Part shown: piece after piece, positions 38,532 through 48,929 of the stretch
Position numbering within the stretch: the first letter of the stretch is position 1
Layout of the letters: every line of letters begins with the position of its first letter
Assembly: GCA_965222765.1 (NCBI GenBank)
Contig: CBDCVG010000043.1
Span: 33,053-97,052 of the forward strand
Length of the DNA stretch: 64,000 nt
Direction: 5' to 3'
DNA from: Caldora sp.
GTDB taxonomy: Bacteria; Cyanobacteriota; Cyanobacteriia; Cyanobacteriales; Coleofasciculaceae
Position numbers and translations under genes: made by a program
Notes under the pieces: model-generated
What the model was told of the DNA's origin: nothing
The model's input: only the letters and a program-made list of their open reading frames with translations
Database searches by the model: none

Positions 38532-39562
38532 TAGCTTGGTTGAATTGCAACTTTAATTGCCTGACGATTTTTCATATCTTCAAACGCCTGCTCTAAATCC
38601 TTTAGGGGTCTATAGTCACTAATGAGTAGTTCAAAGGGTATAACTCGACTTGCTAACAGTGATAGAGCCTCTCGGACAAAGGTTGGTGTGTTGTGAAAGA
38701 CACCTTTGAGGGTCAAAGCATTGTAATGTAGTTGTTCGGTACTGACGGTAATGGTGGTATCCCGAGGACAGCCACCAAATAAGTTAATAGTGGCACCAGG
38801 ACGACTACAAGCGATCGCAGTTTCCCAAACACTGGGGATACCCGTTGCCTCAATTACAATATCTGCCCCCCAACCATCAGTTAAGTCTCGCACCAATGCT
38901 GGTACATCACTTAAATTATGGTAGTTAAATGTTCGAGATGCCCCTAATTTTGCCCCAATTTGCAGGCGTTGCTCATGACCCCCGAAGAGAAACACCTCTG
39001 CGACTGATTGCTGAGCTATTACTGCCGTGAACATCAGACCAATTGCACCATCTCCGATGACCACTACCCGGTCAGCAGGTTGGATATTAGAACATGCTAC
39101 CCCATGCAACACACAAGCGAGGGGTTCTGTCATTGATGCTAGAGCATTATCCAAATGATCTGGTACGGCTAAGAGATTATGTTGCACAATTGGTGAGGGT
39201 ATTTTGAGGTACTCAGCAAAAGTGCCATTGTTGAAGATCAAATTGGGACACAAGGAATACTCGCGGCGATGGCAGAAAAAACAATTCATACAGGGAGCAG
39301 AGTTGTTGGCAACTACGCGATCGCCAATTTTCCAGCCCGTGACTCCCTCTCCTAGGGAAACAATTTCACCGACGGCTTCGTGACCAAATAATGTAGGGAG
39401 TTGCAGCATTTTGGCATGACCACCACGACGCCATACTTTCAGATCTGTACCGCAGGTTGTTGCCGTCCCAACTTTAATCACAATCTCACCTGTAGCAGCT
39501 GTGGGGACATGAACTTCTTCCAATCGCAAATCTTCTTGACCGTAGAGTAATGCTGCTAGCAA
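38531..39562 (-). CDS. Zn-dependent medium-chain alcohol/sorbitol dehydrogenase family oxidoreductase
   Basis: GHEAVGEIVSLGEGV (catalytic Zn), structural-Zn cysteines CMNCFFCHRREYSLC, Rossmann GDGAIGLM. Confidence 0.85.
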   Translation of the reverse strand: MLAALLYGQEDLRLEEVHVPTAATGEIVIKVGTATTCGTDLKVWRRGGHAKMLQLPTLFGHEAVGEIVSLGEGVTGWKIGDRVVANNSAPCMNCFFCHRREYSLCPNLIFNNGTFAEYLKIPSPIVQHNLLAVPDHLDNALASMTEPLACVLHGVACSNIQPADRVVVIGDGAIGLMFTAVIAQQSVAEVFLFGGHEQRLQIGAKLGASRTFNYHNLSDVPALVRDLTDGWGADIVIEATGIPSVWETAIACSRPGATINLFGGCPRDTTITVSTEQLHYNALTLKGVFHNTPTFVREALSLLASRVIPFELLISDYRPLKDLEQAFEDMKNRQAIKVAIQPS

Positions 39563-39642
39563 GATGAATCACCTCTGAGCGTTTTTATCCTTAAATCTTA
39601 TCTAAGTTAATCTTATCTAAGATCGAGAAAAGGCTTTTCAGC

Positions 39643-39978
39643 TCAAGGATCAAGTGTTTTCTCCCGATTTACTTCCGTCACATTTCCATTTACCGTACCC
39701 AGCTGTTGACGAACATCATCAATTGCTGTATTAAGTTGGGCAATTTTATCTTCTAAGCTGCGACGAGCTGCTTCAATACTTTCTTCAGCCTTCATCTGAC
39801 TCTTTCTACCCTTAATAGCTCTAGCTTTTGATAAGCTGGAATTGAGAAAAGACTGCTCTTGCTCCTCATCTTCATTATCTTTTTGACTAGCAACCAGAAC
39901 TCCTGCTATTCCACCAACCAAGGCGCCAAATAATGCTCCAGCGAAAAATCCGCTTGTAAAACCATCCCGTTGACTCAT
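39643..39978 (-). CDS. YtxH-like small membrane protein (glycine-zipper TM + coiled coil)
   Basis: GFTSGFFAGALFGALVGGIAGVLVA followed by a charged helical tail. Confidence 0.6.
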   Translation of the reverse strand: MSQRDGFTSGFFAGALFGALVGGIAGVLVASQKDNEDEEQEQSFLNSSLSKARAIKGRKSQMKAEESIEAARRSLEDKIAQLNTAIDDVRQQLGTVNGNVTEVNREKTLDP

Positions 39979-40042
39979 ATTTCTGTTTTACCTTTGATTT
40001 ATTAATACTTCAAGATTAACGGTTGACTAATCCTGTTGCCTA

Positions 40043-40699
40043 CTAACTGGAAGTGCCAAAAATGCGATCGCCTGCATCTCCTAATCCTGGAACAATATAG
40101 CCTTGAGAGTTAAGCTCTTCGTCAATCATCGCAGTATAAATGTTCAAACCTGGATAATCTGTACCTAACTTTTTTAATGCTGGTGGAGCTGCAACAACGC
40201 TGACAATCCGTATCATCGCCGCATCAACACCTCGCTTGGTTAGTTCTGCCATCGCCACCATCATAGAGTTACCAGTTGCTAGCATCGGATCAGTAATTAA
40301 TATTCGTGTCTGGGGATCAAATTGCTGGGGCAATTTATTTAAGTAACAGCTGGCTTCAAGGGTTTCCTCATTCCTCACTATACCCAGATGGTAAATCGAG
40401 GCCAAAGGTAACAAGGTTTGAGCTCCTTCTAGCAATCCCAATCCTGCTCGCAGAATTGGTATTACAACTAGTGGCTTCTCTGGATTTACTATCGTCACTG
40501 TGCACGGAGCTAGGGGCGTCTGTATTACCATTTCCTCCGTGGGTAACCAGTCACGAACTGCTTCATAGGTTAGCCAGCGTCCCAATTCCTTAATCGCAGT
40601 TTTAAACAGTGGCGAAGGTGTTGCCACATCACGGGCAACCCCTAGCCAATGTTTAATCAGGGGATGGGGTGGGACATAAACACGGAGTTGAAGAGTCAT
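40043..40699 (-). CDS. upp: Uracil phosphoribosyltransferase
   Basis: MTLQLRVYVPPHPLIKHWL ... IPILRAGLGL ... DPMLATGNS ... YIVPGLGDAGDRIFGT. The start was trimmed from the listed ORF (40861) to the internal ATG that gives a 219-aa UPRT. Confidence 0.9.
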   Translation of the reverse strand: MTLQLRVYVPPHPLIKHWLGVARDVATPSPLFKTAIKELGRWLTYEAVRDWLPTEEMVIQTPLAPCTVTIVNPEKPLVVIPILRAGLGLLEGAQTLLPLASIYHLGIVRNEETLEASCYLNKLPQQFDPQTRILITDPMLATGNSMMVAMAELTKRGVDAAMIRIVSVVAAPPALKKLGTDYPGLNIYTAMIDEELNSQGYIVPGLGDAGDRIFGTSS

Positions 40700-40990
40700 A
40701 AAAGCTAGGTCAGAAGGAATGACAGAGTGAAGTCCAGCAACCATAATAATGCTTTTGAGGTTCTGGCTGGGTGTTCTAGCTCTGCTCTTTGAGCAATTAT
40801 CCTTCCAAGTATTGACATTTATTTTCAATAATTCTATATTTAATTTTAGTGTTCTCCTCATCTATTAAGGATCGGCAGGTGGGGGCAGTAAGCGATCGCA
40901 AGCTGACCCCTACTTTTTATTTAGAATCTTGCTCAAGAAACGTTAAACTCAAATACGTCAGGCTAATTTCCTAAAAAACTGCGTATTTTC

Positions 40991-42553
40991 ATGACTGCTG
41001 CGTTCAACTCTCGCTCATTGACTGATCGCTCCGGTTCCCTCTCTGAGGCATCATCGGTATTTGACGTCATTGTTATTGGCTCTGGAATTGGAGGACTAGT
41101 AACAGCAACCCAACTAGCTGCCAAAGGAGCCAAAGTACTAGTACTGGAGAGCTACATCATTCCTGGTGGTAGCTCTGGCTATTTTGAGCGAGAAGGGTAT
41201 CGCTTTGATGTAGGAGCATCGATGATTTTTGGCTTTGGTACCCAGGGAACGACTAATCTCCTCACTAGGGCACTTGAAGCAGTGGATGTTAGCTTGGAAA
41301 CTATTCGGGACCCTGTGCAGATTCATTATCATCTTCCTGCTGGTTTGGAGCTGAAAGTTCATCAAGATTATGAGAATTTTTTGCAAGAACTAACTGCTCA
41401 CTTCCCGCAAGAACGGGAAGGTATTCGCAAGTTTTATGACGAATGTTGGAAGGTATTCAACTGCCTGAACTCGATCGAGTTACTGTCTTTGGAAGAACCC
41501 CGGTATCTAATGCGGGTATTTTTCCAAAATCCGCTGGCTTGTTTGGGTTTAGTCAAGTACTTGCCTCAGAATGCAGGTGACATTGCTCGCAAGTATATTA
41601 GTAACCCCCAATTATTAAAGTTTATTGATATGGAGTGCTACTGTTGGTCAGTTGTACCTGCTGACAAGACACCAATGATTAATGCTGGGATGGTATTCTC
41701 AGACCGACATTATGGTGGCATTAATTATCCTAAAGGAGGTGTAGGTAAAATTGCCCAAAAACTGGTGGAGGGATTGGAGAAAGCTGGGGGTCAGATTCAG
41801 TATAAGGCGAGAGTAAAGGAAATTCTGACTCACAATGGCAAGGCAGTGGGTGTCAAGCTTACCACTGGTAAGGAATATCGAGCCAAGCGAATTGTCTCCA
41901 ATGCTACCCGGTGGGATACTTTTAATAAATTGTTGCCAGCAGAGAAGATGCCAGCAGCAGAAAAGAGGTGGCAACAACGTTATCAGAAGTCACCCAGTTT
42001 TTTAAGTTTGCACTTGGGAGTTGAAGAGTCAGTTTTCCCAGCAGGTACAGAATGTCACCATATTGTGCTAGAAGACTGGGAAAAAATGGAAGACCCAGAA
42101 GGCACAATTTTTGTTTCAATTCCTACTCTGCTTGATCCAGATTTAGCACCAGCCGGCTACCATATTGTCCACACTTTTACTCCTAGTTGGATGTCAAATT
42201 GGCAGGGATTGTCTGTCAAGGAATATGAACAGAAAAAGGAAGATGCAGCACAACGCTTGATTGAAAGATTGGATAAGATTTTTCCTGGTTTAGATGCCGG
42301 ACTAGGCTATATGGAGATAGGTACGGCACGCAGCCATAAACGGTTTTTAGGTCGAGAAGATGGGACTTATGGTCCAATTCCAAGGCGCAAGTTAATGGGG
42401 TTGTTAGGGATGCCGTTTAATCGCACAGCAGTACCGGGATTGTACTGTGTGGGTGATAGTACTTTTCCTGGACAGGGTTTGAATGCAGTAGCATTTTCCG
42501 GATTTGCCTGTGCTCACCGTATAGCTGTGGATTTGGGAATTGTTAATTGTTAA
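40991..42553 (+). CDS. crtH: FAD-dependent carotenoid isomerase/phytoene-desaturase-family oxidoreductase (CrtH-like)
   Basis: [29 protein letters not shown] dinucleotide-binding fold. About 520 aa, the length and layout of cyanobacterial cis-carotene isomerase. Confidence 0.6.
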   Translation: MTAAFNSRSLTDRSGSLSEASSVFDVIVIGSGIGGLVTATQLAAKGAKVLVLESYIIPGGSSGYFEREGYRFDVGASMIFGFGTQGTTNLLTRALEAVDVSLETIRDPVQIHYHLPAGLELKVHQDYENFLQELTAHFPQEREGIRKFYDECWKVFNCLNSIELLSLEEPRYLMRVFFQNPLACLGLVKYLPQNAGDIARKYISNPQLLKFIDMECYCWSVVPADKTPMINAGMVFSDRHYGGINYPKGGVGKIAQKLVEGLEKAGGQIQYKARVKEILTHNGKAVGVKLTTGKEYRAKRIVSNATRWDTFNKLLPAEKMPAAEKRWQQRYQKSPSFLSLHLGVEESVFPAGTECHHIVLEDWEKMEDPEGTIFVSIPTLLDPDLAPAGYHIVHTFTPSWMSNWQGLSVKEYEQKKEDAAQRLIERLDKIFPGLDAGLGYMEIGTARSHKRFLGREDGTYGPIPRRKLMGLLGMPFNRTAVPGLYCVGDSTFPGQGLNAVAFSGFACAHRIAVDLGIVNC

Positions 42554-42674
42554 TTGTTAATTGTTAATTGTTAATTGTTAATTGTTAATTGTTAATTGTT
42601 AATTGTTAATTGTTAATTGTTAATTGGTAATTGGTAATTGGTAATTGGTAATTGGTAATTGGTAATTGGTAATT
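42538..42674. repeat. STRR array: (TTAATTG) about 13 copies then (TTGGTAA) about 7 copies
   Basis: Direct reading. It begins inside the last codons of crtH. Confidence 0.9.
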
Positions 42675-42734
42675 CCTCCGTTGTCTCCCCCAGTTCTCCA
42701 ATCTCCCGATGTCCAATCAGTGATTTGAACGATA

Positions 42735-43466
42735 TTAAACTAATTCCGATGGATCGATTCCGAGTTCTCTTAATCGTGCGGCGAGCCGCTCGGCTCGTTC
42801 TCGTTCGTATTCAGCTCGTTCTCGTTCGTATTCAGCTCGTTCTCCTTCTTCACGATAAGTTCGTAAATATTCTTGAGCCTGAGGATTAAAAAACCGCAAT
42901 TGACCATCTCGAAGTAGATGCATCTCTAACCCTAACACCTGAGAAGGGAAAGAAAGTGTTCCATCTTCTAAATGATTGGGGGTGAGGACTTGATAGTTCT
43001 GTTTCACTAAACGCCGCCCTTTCAGTGCTGGCTTAAGATAATCTCCAGTGGGGTCATATTGGAAATATTCCGACACACCCATTCGAGCATAAGTATCCGG
43101 TTTCTCTCGTTCGTCCTTATTTCGGGTACTTCTAGAAGTCACCTCTAGAATCCAGTCCGGCGTTTTCCCACTTTCTTCCCAAACTTTGTAACTTCTGCGG
43201 GGACGATTTTCCACTCCAAAGACAACAAACACATCAGGACAAACAACCGCATCGGGAACCCCTTGCTCGTAAGATAGCCACAGATTACCGGAAACGTAGA
43301 CATCTGTACGATGTTGAAAATAGAGTTTGAGGGATTCAACACCATAAACCAGATAATCTCGATTGGGGTCGCTTTCTGCCATAGGAGAGCCGTCGGGTTC
43401 TGGATAAACTATTGGGGTTTTCAGATGTGCTTGAGTCATGGCTGGTGAATCTGTAGCAGACCGCAA
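42735..43466 (-). CDS. Uma2-family endonuclease with C-terminal (ERAEYER) repeat tail
   Basis: Uma2 core (DYLVYGVESLK...YEQGVPDAVVCPDVFVVFG...). C-terminus encoded by a cgttctcgttcgtattcagctcgttctcgttcgtattcagctcgttc duplication. Confidence 0.7.
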   Translation of the reverse strand: MRSATDSPAMTQAHLKTPIVYPEPDGSPMAESDPNRDYLVYGVESLKLYFQHRTDVYVSGNLWLSYEQGVPDAVVCPDVFVVFGVENRPRRSYKVWEESGKTPDWILEVTSRSTRNKDEREKPDTYARMGVSEYFQYDPTGDYLKPALKGRRLVKQNYQVLTPNHLEDGTLSFPSQVLGLEMHLLRDGQLRFFNPQAQEYLRTYREEGERAEYERERAEYERERAERLAARLRELGIDPSELV

Positions 43467-43555
43467 TTAATAAGCTGACACCAGTTCATTATAATAAACT
43501 ACCCCATTTGTGAGCTAAACTTACGGTCTTGATGATGAAAAAATGCGATTGCAAC

Positions 43556-44203
43556 TCACAAGTTGTACAAATTCTTGAACCAATTCACGAACGTCTGAGC
43601 TTTTGGATGCTTGGGATCTAGAATTCTCTCCATGATGGCATTGTGTAGTTGTCTTCCTGGTGGTTCTTGCCAAGCTAGCCAAGTGAAAATGTGAGCTTTA
43701 TCTAGATGAACATCTTTGAAAGGTGCGTTTCTATTTTTAGCTGCTGATACTGCTTCTTGAGCATATTCCCAAAGTGGTTCACTCTCATCTGGAACCAGGT
43801 ATGCCAAGAAAGTTTCCAACATTCCTCGCATTTTGTTATCTGGCATAATCCAGACACCAAACTTAACCTCATTTGGCAGGCAATGAATTAATCCTGTCTC
43901 AGGCAGTTCTTCAGGGATATCATGAATAGCTGGTAAACAAGAATTCCTTATACTCTGCCATCGTCCGGATGGATTATCATCAGCATCTACCATTAATCCT
44001 AGAGAGGTAAGTCCTGATGCTTTTAATTCCGTAGAAATGGTTGACGGTTCAATAACATTTCTGTCGCCATCAAGAGATTTAATATAGACAATTGGGTTAT
44101 CTTTTATTCCCCAGTCAATTCCGTTAGCTTCTATCAAATAAGGTATAGTTCGTTTCTCTTGTTCACCTTCCACTAGCAAAAGATTTTGGTGTCTCTTTGC
44201 CAT
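43556..44203 (-). CDS. DUF4276/RloB/AbiLii-like small protein with TOPRIM-like acidic motifs
   Basis: NLLLVEGEQEK (Glu) and LMVDADDNP (DxD), reminiscent of the TOPRIM catalytic E ... DxD. Its start lies 3 nt after the stop of the upstream ATPase gene (operon). Confidence 0.55.
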   Translation of the reverse strand: MAKRHQNLLLVEGEQEKRTIPYLIEANGIDWGIKDNPIVYIKSLDGDRNVIEPSTISTELKASGLTSLGLMVDADDNPSGRWQSIRNSCLPAIHDIPEELPETGLIHCLPNEVKFGVWIMPDNKMRGMLETFLAYLVPDESEPLWEYAQEAVSAAKNRNAPFKDVHLDKAHIFTWLAWQEPPGRQLHNAIMERILDPKHPKAQTFVNWFKNLYNL

Positions 44204-44205
44204 AA

Positions 44206-45315
44206 TCAGCGCACCTCAATTCCCCGTTCTGCTGCAATGGCAATTTCTTTTTCGGTAAAAACTACACTTGTTTTTTTATCTGGTTCTATACGTTGAATGG
44301 TAATGCCATCAGCCGCTACGTCTTCCCGGCTGGCAATGGTAGCTAAGCTAGTCCAACAGTCACTGTTATGGGTAGTTGCAAAAACCTGCACATCTAGTTT
44401 TTTGGCTGTTTCCCAGATTAGCTTCCACATATCAGACAAAGTAGTAAAGTGGAGACCAGTATCAATTTCATCAATAAGTAGGACTCCTCCTTTTACAGAT
44501 ACAATTGCGAGTGCAAGTCCCAGCATACGCCATATTCCATCCCCTAAACTACCAATAGGTACACGTTGCTCACTGTCAGAAAGACGCACAACAAAGCCAC
44601 CGCGAGAACCAGAATACTTATATCTCCCAGAACTAACTGATGCAATACGCTCAATTCTAGGTTCAATAGTCTGAAGTGCTTCATATATAAGTTTTTCTTC
44701 CGCTGTCAGTACTATTTGCTCGAACAGTTCAGTCATTGTTTCTATAGTTAGGGAGGATGATCTGATTAATTTTGTTTTTGGGGTTAGCTTTTTATTAGCT
44801 ATGCGCCAGCTATGAATATCTTGATCAGAAAGATATAGACATCCATTAGGTGATAAAAGTGGTTGCCTGAATACTAGTGCGTCTCCATGAGTCCAATTAA
44901 TACTCAAATAAAGCCTTTTTGCTAACTCATGTAAGGGATCATCAACTGGAGTCTCAGCAAGCTGGTGACTAAGAATTGGATCTACTCCTATCGAGACAAA
45001 AAGCTTCTGTTGATTATGATCATTTATCCCTAATATAGAAAATGTACTAACTTTTTCAATGTCATGCCCATAAAAAAGATGACAAACATTAAGATCAGGA
45101 GCTTCTTTGTCATCATTCCAAGAATACTCACCTCGTTCAATCATTAGATCACGAAGCGGCTCAAGATTAGCCTGTGAACATAGCAGTTTAATTGCTTCTA
45201 GGATTGATGTTTTGCCACTGTTATTGACACCAACCAGCAAATTGACTCTACCAAGTTGCTGAAGCTCAAACGACTCGAAGCCGCGAAAGTTTTCTATCTT
45301 GAGAGTCTTCAACAT
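44206..45315 (-). CDS. AAA_21/ABC-type (OLD/AbiLi/RecF-like) ATPase
   Basis: LKIENFRGFESFELQQLGRVNLLVGVNNSGKTSILEAI (Walker A). VLLIDEIDTGLH (Walker B). FATTHNSDC (H-loop). Confidence 0.75.
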   Translation of the reverse strand: MLKTLKIENFRGFESFELQQLGRVNLLVGVNNSGKTSILEAIKLLCSQANLEPLRDLMIERGEYSWNDDKEAPDLNVCHLFYGHDIEKVSTFSILGINDHNQQKLFVSIGVDPILSHQLAETPVDDPLHELAKRLYLSINWTHGDALVFRQPLLSPNGCLYLSDQDIHSWRIANKKLTPKTKLIRSSSLTIETMTELFEQIVLTAEEKLIYEALQTIEPRIERIASVSSGRYKYSGSRGGFVVRLSDSEQRVPIGSLGDGIWRMLGLALAIVSVKGGVLLIDEIDTGLHFTTLSDMWKLIWETAKKLDVQVFATTHNSDCWTSLATIASREDVAADGITIQRIEPDKKTSVVFTEKEIAIAAERGIEVR

Positions 45316-45520
45316 AATCTCGTAGTTTAGGAGGCAATTGGCTGATATTAGGATAAGCGATCTTGAGTGCGATCGCTGCTAGGTATTAATTGCATCTTCA
45401 TGGAGAATTGGTATAAGTTATTTATGCACGGATTTTTAGAGATCGCCAAGCCTCAGCACTTAATCCAGTTTCTTTTCCGGTACTGATACTAAATCCGGTT
45501 ACGAAAACCCACTTAAGCAC

Positions 45521-46531
45521 CTACACAAAATTAATTACATATTCTTCACCAAAATTGTCAAGCACTTTTTTGAGATATTTAAGAAAACTGTCCCAGTTTT
45601 CGTAAGCATCAATTTCAATCCACTCATACTTAATAAATTTCCAGAGAATTTCGATTAAGTTATGCTTTGGCGAGTAAGTTGGCAACCAAAATATCTCTAA
45701 TTTTTTGGCTTTCCATTCTTCTAATTTTTCGAGTATTTTATCGCTTGTATGGATTGAAGCTTGATCCATAACTACAACAGTAATTTTTCTTAAATCTTTA
45801 CTATAATTATCTAAAAAGTTAATGACAATTTCACTGTCAATTGTACCCTGATGTATTTCGTAATCTAATTGATTTTCACATCCCATTAATCCCAGAACAT
45901 TTATTCTTTTACTTTGGCAACTCTTAAGAATTATTCTTTCTAACTTTTCTTGCCATCCGTAAGGAATATCTGGCTTCAAAGAAAATCCACTTTCATCTAA
46001 ATATCTTAAGTTAATTTCTCCTTTTTTAGCTTGCTCTTTTAGCTCTTCTAGTCTAGGCAGTTTCACCTCTAACTCCCACTCATCAGGGATTTTACTCATT
46101 CCTCTCTTCATTCTTTTCCATTTCATGTCCAACTTTTTTATAATTCTTTTTATTGTTTCTTTACTTACGTCTATTGACCATTCTTTACTGATTTTAAGTT
46201 TAACTTTTTTGAGGCTTTTGGGTTCAGATTTAACCCAGTTTTTTACTTGCTGTTTTTGCTCCTGATTTAACTTGGATTTTCTGCCCCTACCTTTTTGATT
46301 GTAGATTCCTTTTAATTGTTGATCTTCCCACCTAGTCAACCAATTATATATAGTTTTTCTATTAACTCTAAATATTGACGCTAATTCGTTAATAGAAAAT
46401 TTTTGATGACTCAACAGTATACATTTTGCTCTGTCTCTCACTTGAGGAAATTTACTTTGCCAACTTATTCTTTCTAAAAGCTTTTTTGTTTCGGCATTTA
46501 ATTCTCTAATAAATCTCATATGAATCACCAT
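45521..46531 (-). CDS. IS630/Tc1-mariner-family transposase
   Basis: N-terminal HTH (NELASIFRVNRKTIYNWLTRW). DDE region YLDESGFSL ... VMDQASIH ... LPTYSPKHNLIEILW. Confidence 0.8.
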   Translation of the reverse strand: MVIHMRFIRELNAETKKLLERISWQSKFPQVRDRAKCILLSHQKFSINELASIFRVNRKTIYNWLTRWEDQQLKGIYNQKGRGRKSKLNQEQKQQVKNWVKSEPKSLKKVKLKISKEWSIDVSKETIKRIIKKLDMKWKRMKRGMSKIPDEWELEVKLPRLEELKEQAKKGEINLRYLDESGFSLKPDIPYGWQEKLERIILKSCQSKRINVLGLMGCENQLDYEIHQGTIDSEIVINFLDNYSKDLRKITVVVMDQASIHTSDKILEKLEEWKAKKLEIFWLPTYSPKHNLIEILWKFIKYEWIEIDAYENWDSFLKYLKKVLDNFGEEYVINFV

Positions 46532-46671
46532 TTTGCCTTCTTTTATCTAAGGATATATTATTATTACTAAAATAGGCAATTAATTTTGTGTACCTGCTTA
46601 TATGAGAAATGTAACTTGTGATCACTGGTTGAATTCTCTCTGATTTGTTAGGGGAGGTATGGAAACCCGAT

Positions 46672-48516
46672 TCAGTATGATACAGTTCTGTATGCCTGAT
46701 AAGGGTGATTAGGTTGATCTGGGTATTTGAGTTCCAGTAAATTCTCTGAGAGCATTGGCTTGACGTAGTGGTTCCGGATGCTGTCTGGTTCGCGTCCCAA
46801 CAGGTCAGCTAATGTTCGGAGTTGGAGGTAATGTTCGGAGCAAAGTTTTAGAATGGCTTTCTCCACTATGCTCTTATCTACGCGACCTTTCTCACGGATA
46901 GGAGCTGCAATCTTCTGCAAACGCTCGTAATGTTCGGAGCTGGACTCGTAATGTTCGGAGCTGGACTCGTAATGTTCGGAGCTGGACTCGTAATGTTCGG
47001 AGCTTGGAAACAGTGAAAGCAAATCAGATTGATTTTGGTTTGGGAGAGTATAGTGGGTACCACGACCACGACCAAATTGTTCAAGCCAGCCCTTATTTAC
47101 AAGACGCTTGAGGCATTCGCCTATTTCTCTGGGATGCTCCTGTCTATAACACTGAATGTCAGCATTACTAATGTTTCCAAATCTATGGGCTAGTACCAGG
47201 ATAATTCGGTCTAGCTCAGTCAGACCGCAATAGGAGTCATCACCTACAATCTCTTTTAATTCCTTCTCAACATTTTCGGGTATCAGGCTGACCATTGATA
47301 GAGCAACAGATGTCAGCTCCAAGTCTAATTTTTCTGACACTAAGGGTTTAAACCATTGCTGCTCTCTCCAGGCACGGAGAATTTTCTGAAAACCAGAGCC
47401 TGCTTTTTCTCCTAAACCTAACATTTGAAACATCTTTTGCAGGTTCGGGTGACGAGCATCGCTAATACCACCTTCATAAAGACGCTGACGAGAGATTCTC
47501 AAACGACCGGGATTAGAGAAGAAGAAACCGTCTAATAGTTTAATAACTCTGATGGGACGTGTAGATTGATGGTCAGCATGGATTAGGGTATTAACTAAAG
47601 CTTCTCGCAGTGCCTCATGTACATGGGTTTCACCCTGACGCACAGCGCCCTTGTCAAGTTGAAATGGGACATCTAAATCATTAACTAAGCGACTATAGAC
47701 CCGATAGTAGAAGTTAAAAAGATTAGGCTCCCATCTTCCATCAATGGTTAAGCGATAAGTCCATCGTGTCTCTGGATCATCAGAAAGCTGCTCCTGGTAA
47801 TCAAGCTGGTAGTAAGGCAGGAAATCTTGGATAGTACGTTCACGACCGAACATAAGTAAACCAGCTAATGTTAATCCTTCTTTACCTGTGTTGCGATCTC
47901 TACGCCAACCACCTAGCTGACAGAGCAGATTCCGATCATCTAGAGCCAGCCAAGGGTGATCAGGTTCCCTGGAGCTAAACCGCTGGCGAAATGATTTCAC
48001 TGTTTCTGGATCGAGGTCAGCAAGTTCAAAACCTTCTAAAATTTGCAGGTCTTGAGGGCTATCGCTGGCATCCCGTATCATCTGCCACACTTCCTCTTTT
48101 GTGCAGCGGTAATCCCCCTCATAATTACGTTTGTAACTGCCAGTCATGGGATTATTGTTGATATACACAGGTCGCTGGGTACGTGCGGCTCTGGGTACCC
48201 AAATAGTGATTAAGCTGTGTCCATCAACTTTTGAAACGTTTACATCAGAGTTAGAGCAGATTGGGGTATTGAGTTTTTGTTGGTTGTTATGAATATCCCA
48301 GAAGTTTTTCTGTGCACCATTGGGGTTGCGTACTCCAGAAATGCTCAGCCTACCCTTAGTCTCACTTACACCGAGTACAATATAGCCTCCATCTGTATTG
48401 GCAAAGGCAGATACCGTTTCCCACAAATCTTTTGGTAATCCTCCATTGGCAGATTTGAACTCAAGGTCTTCATCTTCTCCGATATCTAGACGTTGTAGTA
48501 ACGTTTCTACATCCAT
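46672..48516 (-). CDS. AlbA_2 (Schlafen-like) + HATPase_c_4 + C-terminal HTH putative nucleic-acid-binding ATPase/regulator, with (SEHYESS)4 repeat insert
   Basis: N-terminus DLEFKSANGGLPKDLWETVSAFANTDGGYIVLGV (AlbA_2). 24-bp tandem ctcgtaatgttcggagctggact x4 at 46918-47012 encodes SEHYESSSEHYESS... Confidence 0.65.
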   Translation of the reverse strand: MDVETLLQRLDIGEDEDLEFKSANGGLPKDLWETVSAFANTDGGYIVLGVSETKGRLSISGVRNPNGAQKNFWDIHNNQQKLNTPICSNSDVNVSKVDGHSLITIWVPRAARTQRPVYINNNPMTGSYKRNYEGDYRCTKEEVWQMIRDASDSPQDLQILEGFELADLDPETVKSFRQRFSSREPDHPWLALDDRNLLCQLGGWRRDRNTGKEGLTLAGLLMFGRERTIQDFLPYYQLDYQEQLSDDPETRWTYRLTIDGRWEPNLFNFYYRVYSRLVNDLDVPFQLDKGAVRQGETHVHEALREALVNTLIHADHQSTRPIRVIKLLDGFFFSNPGRLRISRQRLYEGGISDARHPNLQKMFQMLGLGEKAGSGFQKILRAWREQQWFKPLVSEKLDLELTSVALSMVSLIPENVEKELKEIVGDDSYCGLTELDRIILVLAHRFGNISNADIQCYRQEHPREIGECLKRLVNKGWLEQFGRGRGTHYTLPNQNQSDLLSLFPSSEHYESSSEHYESSSEHYESSSEHYERLQKIAAPIREKGRVDKSIVEKAILKLCSEHYLQLRTLADLLGREPDSIRNHYVKPMLSENLLELKYPDQPNHPYQAYRTVSY

Positions 48517-48896
48517 TCAATATGAAAAATAAGTGGTAGATACTTCAGGTAGTAAAATTTGTCTTTTCTAATTCTAGTGCGATCGCAAATCTAGCCAGTC
48601 ACCATTCAAGATAGTGCCTGAGAGAAGTACGGCATGTCCTCTCAAATTGTGATCCACCAAAAAATTCATGATCGAGACTCAAACTTAGCTTTTGCCGCTT
48701 GAAGTTTTGCTCGAACAGCTTCTTGACTCGGTTTGGGTGGTTGGGCAGTGAGGCAAGGATTTCACTTTAAGTTGACACCAATGATTGCATACGCCCAGTA
48801 CCATTTTAGGCACGATAGATCCTACCAAAATGGGCAATTTATCAGTCCAGTTGTTAAAAATATCGATTTTGCCCACCCTACGCTCTCATGCAGGCG

Positions 48897-48929
48897 AGAT
48901 GCCCGACTTCTTTAATAAGTCGGGCATCT
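48897..48929. terminator. Perfect 12-bp-stem hairpin between hpnH 3' end and the upstream region (candidate bidirectional terminator)
   Basis: agatgcccgact tctttaataa agtcgggcatct. The flanking T-run is weak, so intrinsic-terminator status is uncertain. Confidence 0.4.

Noticed and set aside
40306-40593. 95-aa + strand ORF inside upp
   Set aside because: It is antisense to the strongly supported upp CDS.
9590-42674. Heptamer tandem arrays considered as possible CRISPR arrays
   Set aside because: The period is 7 bp with no spacers. These are STRR microsatellites, not CRISPR repeats. No cas genes are present.
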